The notes under the pieces: model-generated | Databases searched by the model: none | Seen by the model: only the letters and a program-made list of their open reading frames with translations | Told to the model about the DNA's origin: nothing | Assembly (NCBI GenBank): GCA_965261395.1 | Contig: OZ253462.1 | Span: forward strand, 4,736,001 to 4,800,000 | Length of the DNA: 64,000 bases | Direction of reading: 5' to 3' | Source: Candidatus Latescibacterota bacterium | GTDB taxonomy: Bacteria > Latescibacterota > UBA2968 > UBA8231 | Part shown: positions 45,973 through 54,662 of the stretch, piece after piece | Position numbering within the stretch: the stretch's first letter is position 1 | Layout: every line of letters starts with the position of its first letter | Position numbers and translations under genes: made by a program

Positions 45973-46142
45973 TTTTAAGGCATTGATCGGTTGTGCGCTA
46001 CTCCTTCGCCCTGCAGAGGGCTGGTGCGCACTTTGGTCTTGTTGGTAGGGACACCTCAATAACTAAGACCGCACTCCACGGGCCGTCAAATTCCCGCACT
46101 GGCCGCGTTCCTCATTTTTATGAAAAAATATCCAATATGTAG

Positions 46143-46171
46143 TTGACAAACATTTTCGACCCCAATAGATT
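46143..46171 (+). promoter_or_regulatory. Sigma70-type promoter upstream of zapA
   Basis: TTGACA-17 nt-TAGATT. Confidence 0.65.
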
Positions 46172-46197
46172 GGTTACTTGCCACGTGGTTAGCGCGC

Positions 46198-46249
46198 AAA
46201 AGAGGGGGCTTCCGGGACAAGGGGAGATCGCGGAAGTCCCCACTTTTTT
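46198..46249 (+). terminator. Hairpin with U tract in the zapA leader
   Basis: ggggcttccg ... cggaagtcccc followed by actttttt. Confidence 0.55.
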
Positions 46250-46264
46250 ATCTCCCAAAATCTC

Positions 46265-46594
46265 ATGTCGCAAGCACAGCCTGTCGCTGTCCGCATCTAC
46301 AATCAGACCTATCGTCTCGTCAACAGCGATGGCCAAGACCCCGAGTACATTCGGCTCGCTGCGGCCTATCTCGACGAGAAGATGCAGCAGACCGCCGCTA
46401 AGGTCGGGAACCGGTCACCGCTCGATATTGCCATCTTGGCCGCGCTCGACATCGCCGAAGAAGTGATCCGCGCCCGCCAGCACAAAGACGCGCTAATCAA
46501 CAGAGCCGATGCCCGCATCGACTCCTTCACCCAGTTGCTGTCCGACGATCCCCCCGCCACAGACAGCCCCTCCACCGATACCAAGCGGTTCTGA
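46265..46594 (+). CDS. zapA: Cell division protein ZapA
   Basis: VRIYNQTY, AAYLDEKM, AILAALDIAEE, C-terminal coiled coil. Confidence 0.85.
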   Translation: MSQAQPVAVRIYNQTYRLVNSDGQDPEYIRLAAAYLDEKMQQTAAKVGNRSPLDIAILAALDIAEEVIRARQHKDALINRADARIDSFTQLLSDDPPATDSPSTDTKRF

Positions 46595-46601
46595 CTCTTT
46601 C

Positions 46602-48341
46602 TTATATATAGTACTGAATTTCCCGATCCACAGACTCTTGGGAGTGAGGTACATTGAGCGGACACCGCTCTTTGTAATCGGGATGGAGCCGCGCCCATAA
46701 GAACTCGAGCGCGTGTTGATTCCAGCGAAAAAAGTGATCGCGGCCAATCTGCTCCATCAGCCCTGACCGCTCCAGCGCGTCGGTAAGCTGCCGTTTGGCC
46801 CGCGTGAAGTACAGGTCCAGCCCAACTTCGCGCAGGCGTTCAACCACGTCGCGCAACGCTTGTTCGCCAGAAGCGTCAATCCGGTTGATCCCGTCTGCAT
46901 CGAGAATCAAGTACCTTAGCTCGGGTGCCGAAGCGATCGTTTCGAGCACCTTATCCTCAAAATAACGGCCAGAACCAAAGTACAATTGGCCGTCAAAGCG
47001 CATAATCGCGATCTGCTGATCCGGCCTCAGGCCCGCGTCGCTCTCGCGCATCGTGCCGTCGAGGTGCCGGGCGAGAAAAACCACTCGGGGCCGCATGGTG
47101 CGGTAGAAGTTGAGCACTAGCGAGGCCCCCACCCCGAGGGCAACCCCCAAGTGCAGGTCCGGTGCCAAAACCAGCGTACCGACAAAAGTCGCGACCCCAA
47201 TCAACCCGTCGTGGACCTTAATGCGCCAAGCTGTCACTAGAGGCTGGATGCGCACCAAGCCGACCACAGCGGCGATGATAACAACGGCGAGAGTCGCCTG
47301 TGGCAGATAGTACAACAGCGGCGTAAGCCAAAGCAGCGTCGCGGCGATGACCAGCGACGCCACGACCGACGCAAAACCCGTCCGTGCTCCGCTTTGGTAG
47401 TTGACGGCCGACCGCGAAAACGAGCCCGAAGTTGCATAGCTTTGGAAGAGCCCGCCGATCACGTTGGCCATACCCTGGCCGATGAGTTCCTGATTGATGT
47501 CGAGATGCTGCCGCGTCCGAGCAGCGAGGGTTTTGGCAATGGCCATGGCCTCCATCAGGCCGAGCATGGTCAAGGTCAAGGCCCCCACGAAGAGCTGGGA
47601 CAGGATCTCCACGTCTAAGTCCGGCATCAAAGGCCGCGGCAAACCGCGCGGTACCTCGCCGACCACTTCTCCGCTGAACCCGACCAGCCAAGAAACGAGC
47701 GTGGTGACCGCCAGCGTCGTCAACATGCTCGGCAGATCCCAGCGCACGCGGCGCAAAACCACCAGCAGCCCCCCGGCCAACGCCGCCATCCCCAGCGTCG
47801 GCCAATGGACCTCTAACAGCGCCACGTCGATGACGCGGAGGGCTGCCAGCAAATGCCCCCCCTGTTGGGGCTCTACACCGAACACCTTGTGCAATTGGGA
47901 GATGGCGATGATAAAGGCCGCGGCATTGGTAAAGCCGACGACCACCGGGCTGGACAGCAGGTCGATTAACAAGCCCAATCGCAACGCGCCCAAGGCGATC
48001 CGTATCAGGCCGACGAGCAAGCCCAAGACCAGCGAGTAGGCGATATATAGCCCACCGTTCTCAGGGGCGAGCCCTTGCACGGTCGTCGCGCTGATGAGCG
48101 AAGCTATGGCCACCGGACCGGTGGACAAATGCCGGGAAGAGCCAAAGAGTGCGGCTACAGCCGGCGGCAGAAAGGCCGCGTACAGCCCATAGACCGGCGG
48201 CAGCCCCGCCAACTCGGCGTAGGCCATGGCCTGGGGCACGAGGATCGTCGCCACGGTGAGGCCCGCGACCAAATCGGCGCGCAAGACGCCCGGCTGGCCG
48301 AGTTCGGGCAGCCAACGGATAAATGGAAAAAATCGCTTCAT
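46602..48341 (-). CDS. SulP-family anion transporter with STAS domain
   Basis: DLVAGLTV...PQAMAYAELAG, GSSRHL, NQELIGQG, SFSRS, STAS IDASG. Confidence 0.92.
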   Translation of the reverse strand: MKRFFPFIRWLPELGQPGVLRADLVAGLTVATILVPQAMAYAELAGLPPVYGLYAAFLPPAVAALFGSSRHLSTGPVAIASLISATTVQGLAPENGGLYIAYSLVLGLLVGLIRIALGALRLGLLIDLLSSPVVVGFTNAAAFIIAISQLHKVFGVEPQQGGHLLAALRVIDVALLEVHWPTLGMAALAGGLLVVLRRVRWDLPSMLTTLAVTTLVSWLVGFSGEVVGEVPRGLPRPLMPDLDVEILSQLFVGALTLTMLGLMEAMAIAKTLAARTRQHLDINQELIGQGMANVIGGLFQSYATSGSFSRSAVNYQSGARTGFASVVASLVIAATLLWLTPLLYYLPQATLAVVIIAAVVGLVRIQPLVTAWRIKVHDGLIGVATFVGTLVLAPDLHLGVALGVGASLVLNFYRTMRPRVVFLARHLDGTMRESDAGLRPDQQIAIMRFDGQLYFGSGRYFEDKVLETIASAPELRYLILDADGINRIDASGEQALRDVVERLREVGLDLYFTRAKRQLTDALERSGLMEQIGRDHFFRWNQHALEFLWARLHPDYKERCPLNVPHSQESVDREIQYYI

Positions 48342-48360
48342 GCGTTCGCTTAGAGATTAG

Positions 48361-48390
48361 TTGACACCTAGTCAGCGGCCAGTGTACACT
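48361..48390 (+). promoter_or_regulatory. Candidate promoter for the first PhyH gene
   Basis: TTGACA-18 nt-TACACT. Confidence 0.5.
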
Positions 48391-48424
48391 TAGCGAGTAA
48401 TCACCTCGACAGCGGGAGTGCCGC

Positions 48425-49225
48425 ATGGACCCACACAAGCAGCGAGCCTTTTTCGAGCAGCAGGGCTACTTAATCGTCCCCGACCTGCTCAACAGCCGCG
48501 AAATCGCCGAATGCCAGCGCGAAATCCAACGCCTGCACCAACTAGCCGCCGCCCTAGAGGACCGCCAAGACCCGCTTAGCAGTCACTTTCAGCGCGAGCC
48601 TTTTTCTAAGGATCAAAACCGCAATGGTCTGCCGGTGCTGCGCAAAATCGAGAACACTCGCGCGCTATCGCCGTGCTTTGCCCAACTCGCGGCTCATCCC
48701 CGCCTCGTCGCCATCGTGCAATCGCTCCTCGGGGACGACCTGCTCCTCTTCCGCAGCACCCTAATGCTCAAGCCCGCCTTCCACGGCTCGGCCCACGCCT
48801 TGCACCAAGACTCGGCTTATTGGCCAATGGAGCCGCCCGCTCTCGCGACCGCGAGCATCGCCCTCGACGACGCCACCCCGGACAACGGCTGTATTAAAGT
48901 CATTCCCGGCAGCCACCACTGGGGCTTACAGGAATGGGGCCACATCGCCCAACAGCAAGGGGCACCGCTGACTAACCGCGAGGACATCGACCGCTCGCAC
49001 CAGATCGACGTGTCGCTCGCGGCCGGGTCCGCCGTGCTGTTCCACAGCTTGATGGTCCACGGTTCCGGCCCCAACCAGACGGACCGCTCGCGCAACACCG
49101 CGCTCTATGCCTATTTCTCACCGCACGTGCGCTACACACCCGGTGCCAACGGCCCGCGGTCGAAGTCCTTCCCGGTCATCGCCGGCCTCGACGGAGCAGC
49201 CGAACACGTGCTAGTCGCCTCCTGA
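48425..49225 (+). CDS. PhyH-family Fe(II)/2-oxoglutarate dioxygenase
   Basis: FFEQQGYL, HQD, NGCIKVIPGSH, distal HGSGPN...R. Confidence 0.9.
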   Translation: MDPHKQRAFFEQQGYLIVPDLLNSREIAECQREIQRLHQLAAALEDRQDPLSSHFQREPFSKDQNRNGLPVLRKIENTRALSPCFAQLAAHPRLVAIVQSLLGDDLLLFRSTLMLKPAFHGSAHALHQDSAYWPMEPPALATASIALDDATPDNGCIKVIPGSHHWGLQEWGHIAQQQGAPLTNREDIDRSHQIDVSLAAGSAVLFHSLMVHGSGPNQTDRSRNTALYAYFSPHVRYTPGANGPRSKSFPVIAGLDGAAEHVLVAS

Positions 49226-49307
49226 AGAAACCAAGATAAAAAAAGAGTTCTATCCCTAAGTGCCAAAACCCTTGACGCGAGGCGGGCGACGGCAGAAGAG
49301 AAAAAAT

Positions 49308-49347
49308 AAAAAAGGCCGACGCCCGCAGTGCGGACACCGGCCTTTTT
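49308..49347. terminator. Bidirectional terminator between phyH and infC
   Basis: aaaaaaggccg ... cggccttttt with A and T tracts on the two sides. Confidence 0.7.
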
Positions 49348-49365
49348 GCGCTCCCCGGATCAACC

Positions 49366-49887
49366 TCAGATAGGCCTGAGAATGAGCGACATTTCGCGGC
49401 CCTCCATTTTTGGATCCTGATCAACGACGGCTACATCCTCGAGCTTAGTAGCCAACTCTCGCAGAAGCTGGTGCCCCCGTTCCTGATAGGCCATCTGCCG
49501 CCCTTTGAAGCGGACGCTGACTTTGACCCGGTTCCCCTTTTCGATAAACGTGCGGATGTGGCCCATCCGGTATTCAAGATCGTGCTCAGAGATGTTGGAC
49601 CCGGCGATGCGGATGCCCTTCATCTGCACGTTTTGCTGCTTCTTGCGAGCTTCCTTGGCCTTTTTCTCTTGGTCGTAGCGGAACTTGCCGTAGTCGATAA
49701 TCCGGCAGACCGGCGGGCGCGCTTCGGCGGCCACTTCTACTAGGTCGAGATTGGCTTCCTCCGCCATGGCCAAGGCACGGGCCGTTTCGATGATTCCCAC
49801 CTGCCCTCCATCGGACCCGATGAGCCGAATTTGGGGCACGCGAATATCATCGTTTACTCTGGCAAAACTCTTTTTCTTTGCTGCGAT
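49366..49887 (-). CDS. infC: Translation initiation factor IF-3 with ATC start codon
   Basis: RVNDDIR, LDLVEVA, PPVCRIIDYGKF, FKGR; GGAGG-8 nt-ATC in frame. Confidence 0.93.
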   Translation of the reverse strand: MAAKKKSFARVNDDIRVPQIRLIGSDGGQVGIIETARALAMAEEANLDLVEVAAEARPPVCRIIDYGKFRYDQEKKAKEARKKQQNVQMKGIRIAGSNISEHDLEYRMGHIRTFIEKGNRVKVSVRFKGRQMAYQERGHQLLRELATKLEDVAVVDQDPKMEGREMSLILRPI

Positions 49888-50047
49888 TGCATCAACCTCC
49901 GTAAAGGATGGAAAGTGCGGGCGTTTCCCGCAGAAGTTTTAATATATTCGCAGTGCGAATTAAAACAAGCAAAGATTTGACCCTTCCTTCTTTGGCAGCC
50001 ATGAGCGAATAGGTTATTTTGCCTATTTTCCACCCGAAGGAAAGCCC

Positions 50048-51049
50048 ATGGCCCGCACGTACGATGTCTATGGAGTCGGCCACGCCCTAGTGGACATCCA
50101 ATATCAAGTCGCCCCAGAGTTTCTCGCCGAACATCAGGTCGAAAAGGGGATTATGACCCTCGTTGATGAGGCGCGGCAACGCAATCTCACCGCCGCGGTC
50201 GGCGGCGAGCCGGTCGCCTCGGCTTCGGGCGGCTCGGCGGCCAATACCCTCATCGGCGTCGCCCGCTATGGCGGCCTAACCTATTACGCCTGCCTGACCG
50301 GCCGCGACGCTTGGGGCGACTTTTACCAACGCGATCTCGAAGCAGCCGGTGTGGCCACTCATCCGGCCAACCGAGGCGCGGGCAAGACCGGCCAGTGCTT
50401 GGTTTTTATTACTCCAGACGCCGACCGCACCCTCAACACCTTTTTGGGCATCAGCAGCGCCATCGGCCCGGCCCAGCTCCAAGAGGAGGTCATCGCCGAC
50501 AGCCAATACCTTTATATAGAAGGGTATCTCCTCGGCTCGGACGACGGCTTTGCCGCCGCGTGCCAAGCACAGCAAATGGCCCAGCGGCACAGCACGGCCG
50601 TCGCCCTAACCCTGAGCGATCCCTTTGCCGTCCGGGCCTTTCGGGAGCGCTTTGACGTGCTCCTACAGCGTGGTGTAGATCTGTTCTTCTGCAATGAGGA
50701 AGAGGCCCTCGCCAGTACCGGGGTCAGCGACCGCGAGGCCGCTGGCGCGGCCTTAGCCTCCCAAGTCAGTACGGCCTACGTAACGTGCGGAGCCGACGGT
50801 GCCCTAGTGTACGCCGCCGGGGCCCACTACCAAGTCCCCGGCGTCCCCGTGCAAGCTATCGACACCAATGGTGCCGGCGATCTCTTTGCCGGTGGCGTGC
50901 TCTACGGGCTGTCCCACGGGTACAGCCCCTTAGACGCGGCGCGCCTAGGCTGCTATGCTGCCGCCCAAGTAGTAACCCGCTTCGGGCCGCGCCTAGAACA
51001 ATCGCTCGCCGATCGCATCAATCACATCCTATCCCATTTCTCAACCTAG
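50048..51049 (+). CDS. PfkB-family (adenosine/inosine kinase-like) carbohydrate kinase
   Basis: GHALVD, SGGSAANT, IEGYL, CNEEEA, DTNGAGDLFAGG. Confidence 0.88.
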   Translation: MARTYDVYGVGHALVDIQYQVAPEFLAEHQVEKGIMTLVDEARQRNLTAAVGGEPVASASGGSAANTLIGVARYGGLTYYACLTGRDAWGDFYQRDLEAAGVATHPANRGAGKTGQCLVFITPDADRTLNTFLGISSAIGPAQLQEEVIADSQYLYIEGYLLGSDDGFAAACQAQQMAQRHSTAVALTLSDPFAVRAFRERFDVLLQRGVDLFFCNEEEALASTGVSDREAAGAALASQVSTAYVTCGADGALVYAAGAHYQVPGVPVQAIDTNGAGDLFAGGVLYGLSHGYSPLDAARLGCYAAAQVVTRFGPRLEQSLADRINHILSHFST

Positions 51050-51062
51050 TTTGGAGGCTCGC

Positions 51063-52019
51063 GTGAAAATCCTAGTCCACTACCCATTCACCGACGAACA
51101 GCACGACCACTTGCGCCAAATAGCACGCGAAAACGGCGGCCACGAAGTCTTTGTGGCCAACGACGAGCAAGAGGCCATCGCCGTAGCCGGCGGGATCGAC
51201 ATCATTGTCGGCCACTTCCCGCCCGCAGTCTGCGCCGCCGCCCCCAACCTGCGCTGGGTCCAGTCCTTCAGCACCGGCATGGACAAGTTCCTCTTCCCCG
51301 AAATCATCGCCCGCGACGAAGTCGCCATTTCCAACGTGGCCGGGCTATACGCCCCCCAAGGCGGCGAACACGCCTGGGCCTTGCTCCTCGCCCTGACCCG
51401 AGGCATCAATCAGTCGATTCGCCAAAACGACCAGCGCAAGTGGGCCGGCGGTTCCACCGTCGAGTTGACTGGACAGACGTTGGGCCTTGTAGGGCTCGGA
51501 GGCTTTGGGCTTGAAATGGCCAAGCGGGCCGCCGGGTACGACATGCCGATCATCGCCATCGACCCGGTGCGCCGCGACTTGCCGCCGGGCATTTCCGAAC
51601 TCAGGGATAACAGCCGCGAAAACCTGCACGACCTCCTCCGTCGCGCCGACGTGGTGATGATGGCCTGTCCGCTCACCAAGGAGACGCACCATCTCATCGG
51701 GAGTGAAGAACTAGCACTGATGAAGGAGAGCGCCTATCTGATCAACGTGACGCGGGGCGGAATCATCGACGAGGACGCGCTCTGCCAAGCACTGCACGAC
51801 GGGCAGATCGCCGGGGCCGGTATCGACGTCACTGAGATCGAGCCGTTGCCCCCAGAATCCCCGCTGTGGGACGCGCCCAACATCATCCTCACTCCGCATC
51901 GGGCCGGAGCCTCACAGCACCGACCGCGCAAAGTCTACGAGTTCTTCTGCACCCAATTAGAGCGCTACCTCAAGGGCGAGCCGGTGCTCAATATTATCGA
52001 TAAGAAGAAAGGGTACTAG
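51063..52019 (+). CDS. NAD-dependent D-2-hydroxyacid dehydrogenase
   Basis: GLGGFG, INVTRG, IDVTEIEPLP, TPH; GTG start after GGAGG. Confidence 0.9.
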   Translation: MKILVHYPFTDEQHDHLRQIARENGGHEVFVANDEQEAIAVAGGIDIIVGHFPPAVCAAAPNLRWVQSFSTGMDKFLFPEIIARDEVAISNVAGLYAPQGGEHAWALLLALTRGINQSIRQNDQRKWAGGSTVELTGQTLGLVGLGGFGLEMAKRAAGYDMPIIAIDPVRRDLPPGISELRDNSRENLHDLLRRADVVMMACPLTKETHHLIGSEELALMKESAYLINVTRGGIIDEDALCQALHDGQIAGAGIDVTEIEPLPPESPLWDAPNIILTPHRAGASQHRPRKVYEFFCTQLERYLKGEPVLNIIDKKKGY

Positions 52020-52136
52020 GGCATGGCATTTGCCCTAGGCGACGTCGTCTGCTTCGTCTCCAATCCGTCTGCCTGAACAACAGCCGCTGACCGCTTTGAT
52101 CGTCCGGCCAATTCGCCCCGACGAGGAGACTGTTAA

Positions 52137-52292
52137 ATGAACATTGGACTATTTACTCGCGAGGGAAAGAATTTGGTCGGACGCATCGGCCCGCTCGCGT
52201 TGGCTTGGGATCGGCACGAGGGCGGCAGACTGGCCATATCCCGGCTAGTCGCCGGAGAGCCGCTGCCGGTCGGTCGCTTCGCCATACCCTGA
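52137..52292 (+). CDS. Small hypothetical protein (51 aa)
   Basis: GAGGAG-8 nt-ATG; MNIGLFTREGKNLVGRIGPLALAWDRHEGGRLAISRLVAGEPLPVGRFAIP; below the ORF-track cutoff. Confidence 0.5.
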   Translation: MNIGLFTREGKNLVGRIGPLALAWDRHEGGRLAISRLVAGEPLPVGRFAIP

Positions 52293-52335
52293 AGTTATGA
52301 TCAGTCCGTTCCGAATGCCATTGTCGTAAATATCA

Positions 52336-52381
52336 GGCATGAAACTGACTGAATTAACGTTAGTTCAGTCAGTTTCATGCC
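52336..52381. repeat. 46-bp near-perfect palindrome
   Basis: ggcatgaaactgactgaa-ttaacgttag-ttcagtcagtttcatgcc, one mismatched pair. Confidence 0.9.
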
Positions 52382-52404
52382 CGTAATTACAGAGCGAGCA
52401 CCCG

Positions 52405-53160
52405 ATGGAACTGGAAATAACCTCCCTGCACCAAGAACAGTACGAGCGCGACGGCTATGCGATCGTCCGCAGCGGCTTTACCTACGACGAGTGCGATCGC
52501 TTTGTCGCCTACATGATGGATCTCCACACCGGCCGTTCCAGCGTCGAGGGCTATCCCCCGCGCCAGCCGGACGATTGGAGCCGCTTAATCAGCCGCAGCC
52601 TGCACCATCCCGCCGGCCTAGCCTGGATGCTCGATCCCAGGCTGCGCCAGCCGCTGCGCACCTTTCTCGGCGAGGATCCCGACGGAGTTCAGAGCATGTA
52701 CTTTTACAAGGGTTCCGAGCAACGCCGACACCAAGACGCCTTTTTCCTACCGGGCTGCATGTCGGCTTGGGTCGCTCTCCAGCCAGTCAGCGCCCGCAAC
52801 GGCAGCATTCACATTCAGGTAGGCTCCCACAAGGGGGACCTAATAGAAAAGCGCCATTTCCGCCGTGATGAAAACGACGAGCCAGGCCCTTGGTATGGCT
52901 GGGACCAGGACGACGCCTTTGACGCCCTTTTCGCGCGCAATGGGTTGCCGGAAATTGCCATTGAAGCAGACAAAGGCGACATCGTGTTCTTCAACGGCCG
53001 CTTAATCCACCGCGGCGGCCCCATTCTGGACGAGGGATCTTTTCGCCATAGCTGGGCCGGCCACTATATTCCCCACTCCTACAATCCGTGGCCCTACGAG
53101 AGCCACCCCAGATTGCGCGTCTTCTTCGACGGCGTGTGCCGCTTTACGCCCACCCACTGA
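52405..53160 (+). CDS. PhyH-family Fe(II)/2-oxoglutarate dioxygenase
   Basis: YERDGY, HQD, AWVAL, NGSI...GSH, GDIVFF...IHRG. Confidence 0.88.
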   Translation: MELEITSLHQEQYERDGYAIVRSGFTYDECDRFVAYMMDLHTGRSSVEGYPPRQPDDWSRLISRSLHHPAGLAWMLDPRLRQPLRTFLGEDPDGVQSMYFYKGSEQRRHQDAFFLPGCMSAWVALQPVSARNGSIHIQVGSHKGDLIEKRHFRRDENDEPGPWYGWDQDDAFDALFARNGLPEIAIEADKGDIVFFNGRLIHRGGPILDEGSFRHSWAGHYIPHSYNPWPYESHPRLRVFFDGVCRFTPTH

Positions 53161-53163
53161 GAC

Positions 53164-53262
53164 CGCTTCGCCGGATTATTTATGAGATTCTTCGGTATGT
53201 GGCTGGTTATCGACTATTTCACGGGTATGCAGGAAAACCGGAGCCTTCGTTTGAGAGGCTAA
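53164..53262 (+). pseudogene. Relic 3' end of a third copy of the large membrane-transporter gene
   Basis: Translates to RFAGLFMRFFGMWLVIDYFTGMQEN...stop; GMWLVIDYFTGM is identical in both paralogues at 61-64 kb. Confidence 0.8.
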
Positions 53263-53289
53263 AACCAAAAGACAAGGAGGAGGTTGACC

Positions 53290-54660
53290 ATGAAACTATG
53301 GATGGATGTAATGCGCGATCTCGAGAGCGTGATGAACAATCACGAGCGCATACTCGATGCTTGGGCAGAGGGCGGCGTCGATGGAGTCGTGTTCGGTCCA
53401 CTCGTTTTCGGCACTTCGAAACTGTCGAAGGATACAGTGTCCGCTCCCACCGGCAATATCGTGGCGGAGGCGTACGATCCAAACCCGGCGGTGTACGCGC
53501 GGCTCGGAGTCGAGCCACCGCCACCACCGGCACAGAAGCTGCCCGAGAAAAGAGCCTTGTTAGAAAAGACGATGAACGCCGCCAAGGACCGCGGCATGCA
53601 AGTTTACTGCATGTACGCCGACGGTGGTGCCGGTCCAGGGGGTACGGGCCATCACCTGCACGACGATAAGACGCTGGCATCGCGGGTGGCGCGCATGGTC
53701 GATACGCTAGAGCACTTCCCGATGGCGGACGGCGCCGTGATGGACGGGCCGGAGTGGGGGTACGAAATCGCCCCCCATCACATGAATCACCGCTCCTATT
53801 TCTTTCACGACCTGCCAGAATCTGTGGCACCGATGGCCGAGGACCTGGGGTACGACTACGAGGCCATGGTGGCTGCAAAAGACAGGCTCCTGTCCCTGTT
53901 CCACAACCTCGATCCGGTGCGCATCCGCGGACACGCCCGCGGCGGCTTGGTCGGAGCCCACCGCATGCTCGGAGCCGATCCCGACCTGATGGCTTGGCTG
54001 TCGTTCCGCGCCGACTCGCTGACGCGCTATTTTCGCCACATCCGCGCAGGCGTCGCCGCCGAGCTAGAGCGCCCGGTGCGCCTCGGATGCGGCCCGCGCT
54101 CGGCCGCCTTCGCGCCCTTGTGCGGGTACGACTTCGTCGATCTGGCCCAGTTCATGGATTTCCTGCTGCCGAAACACTACTTCTTCCAGCGCGGCTTCGA
54201 CGGTTTCCTCGGCACGGTTTATCGCTACTCGCAGACACTCTTGGAGTGGAATCCGGGGATTAGTGTGGCCGACACCCTCGATGTCGTGCAGGCTCTCTTC
54301 GGCATCGTCCTACCGGGCGTAGGCGACGACATGCTCGACTTCGAGAGCGCCCTCAGTCCGGAGTTTTTCGAGCAGGTGGTAACGCAGGAGACGCGACGGG
54401 CGCTGGCCTCGGTTGACGACCCGGAGCGCATCGTGCCCTGGCTCGACACCGGTCGCTTTCCCCACGACGGCGACCCGATGTCGGCGCGCGACCTCAAGAT
54501 GTTGCTCGACGCCGCCGAAGCTGCGGGGCTGCGGCGCTTCAACTACCATCACCAAGGGAACCTTAGTCCAGGTGAATGGGTGGTCATTAGCGACAAATGC
54601 GGAACCCGCTGGGACCCGCGCAAGAGCGACTACGAGCCGCCGGACGAGTTGGTGTTGTAG
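53290..54660 (+). CDS. Hypothetical soluble protein, possibly TIM-barrel hydrolase-like
   Basis: Long ORF with AGGAGGAGG SD; alternating beta/alpha pattern (GVDGVVF, GMQVYC, DGAVMDGPE); fold is a guess. Confidence 0.7.
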   Translation: MKLWMDVMRDLESVMNNHERILDAWAEGGVDGVVFGPLVFGTSKLSKDTVSAPTGNIVAEAYDPNPAVYARLGVEPPPPPAQKLPEKRALLEKTMNAAKDRGMQVYCMYADGGAGPGGTGHHLHDDKTLASRVARMVDTLEHFPMADGAVMDGPEWGYEIAPHHMNHRSYFFHDLPESVAPMAEDLGYDYEAMVAAKDRLLSLFHNLDPVRIRGHARGGLVGAHRMLGADPDLMAWLSFRADSLTRYFRHIRAGVAAELERPVRLGCGPRSAAFAPLCGYDFVDLAQFMDFLLPKHYFFQRGFDGFLGTVYRYSQTLLEWNPGISVADTLDVVQALFGIVLPGVGDDMLDFESALSPEFFEQVVTQETRRALASVDDPERIVPWLDTGRFPHDGDPMSARDLKMLLDAAEAAGLRRFNYHHQGNLSPGEWVVISDKCGTRWDPRKSDYEPPDELVL

Positions 54661-54662
54661 CT

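Noticed and set aside
46595-46601. 6S RNA expected downstream of zapA
   Set aside because: Only 7 bp before the convergent sulP stop; no room
52023-52076. 17-codon ORF MAFALGDVVCFVSNPSA after the dehydrogenase
   Set aside because: May be a gene stub but is too short to support any assignment
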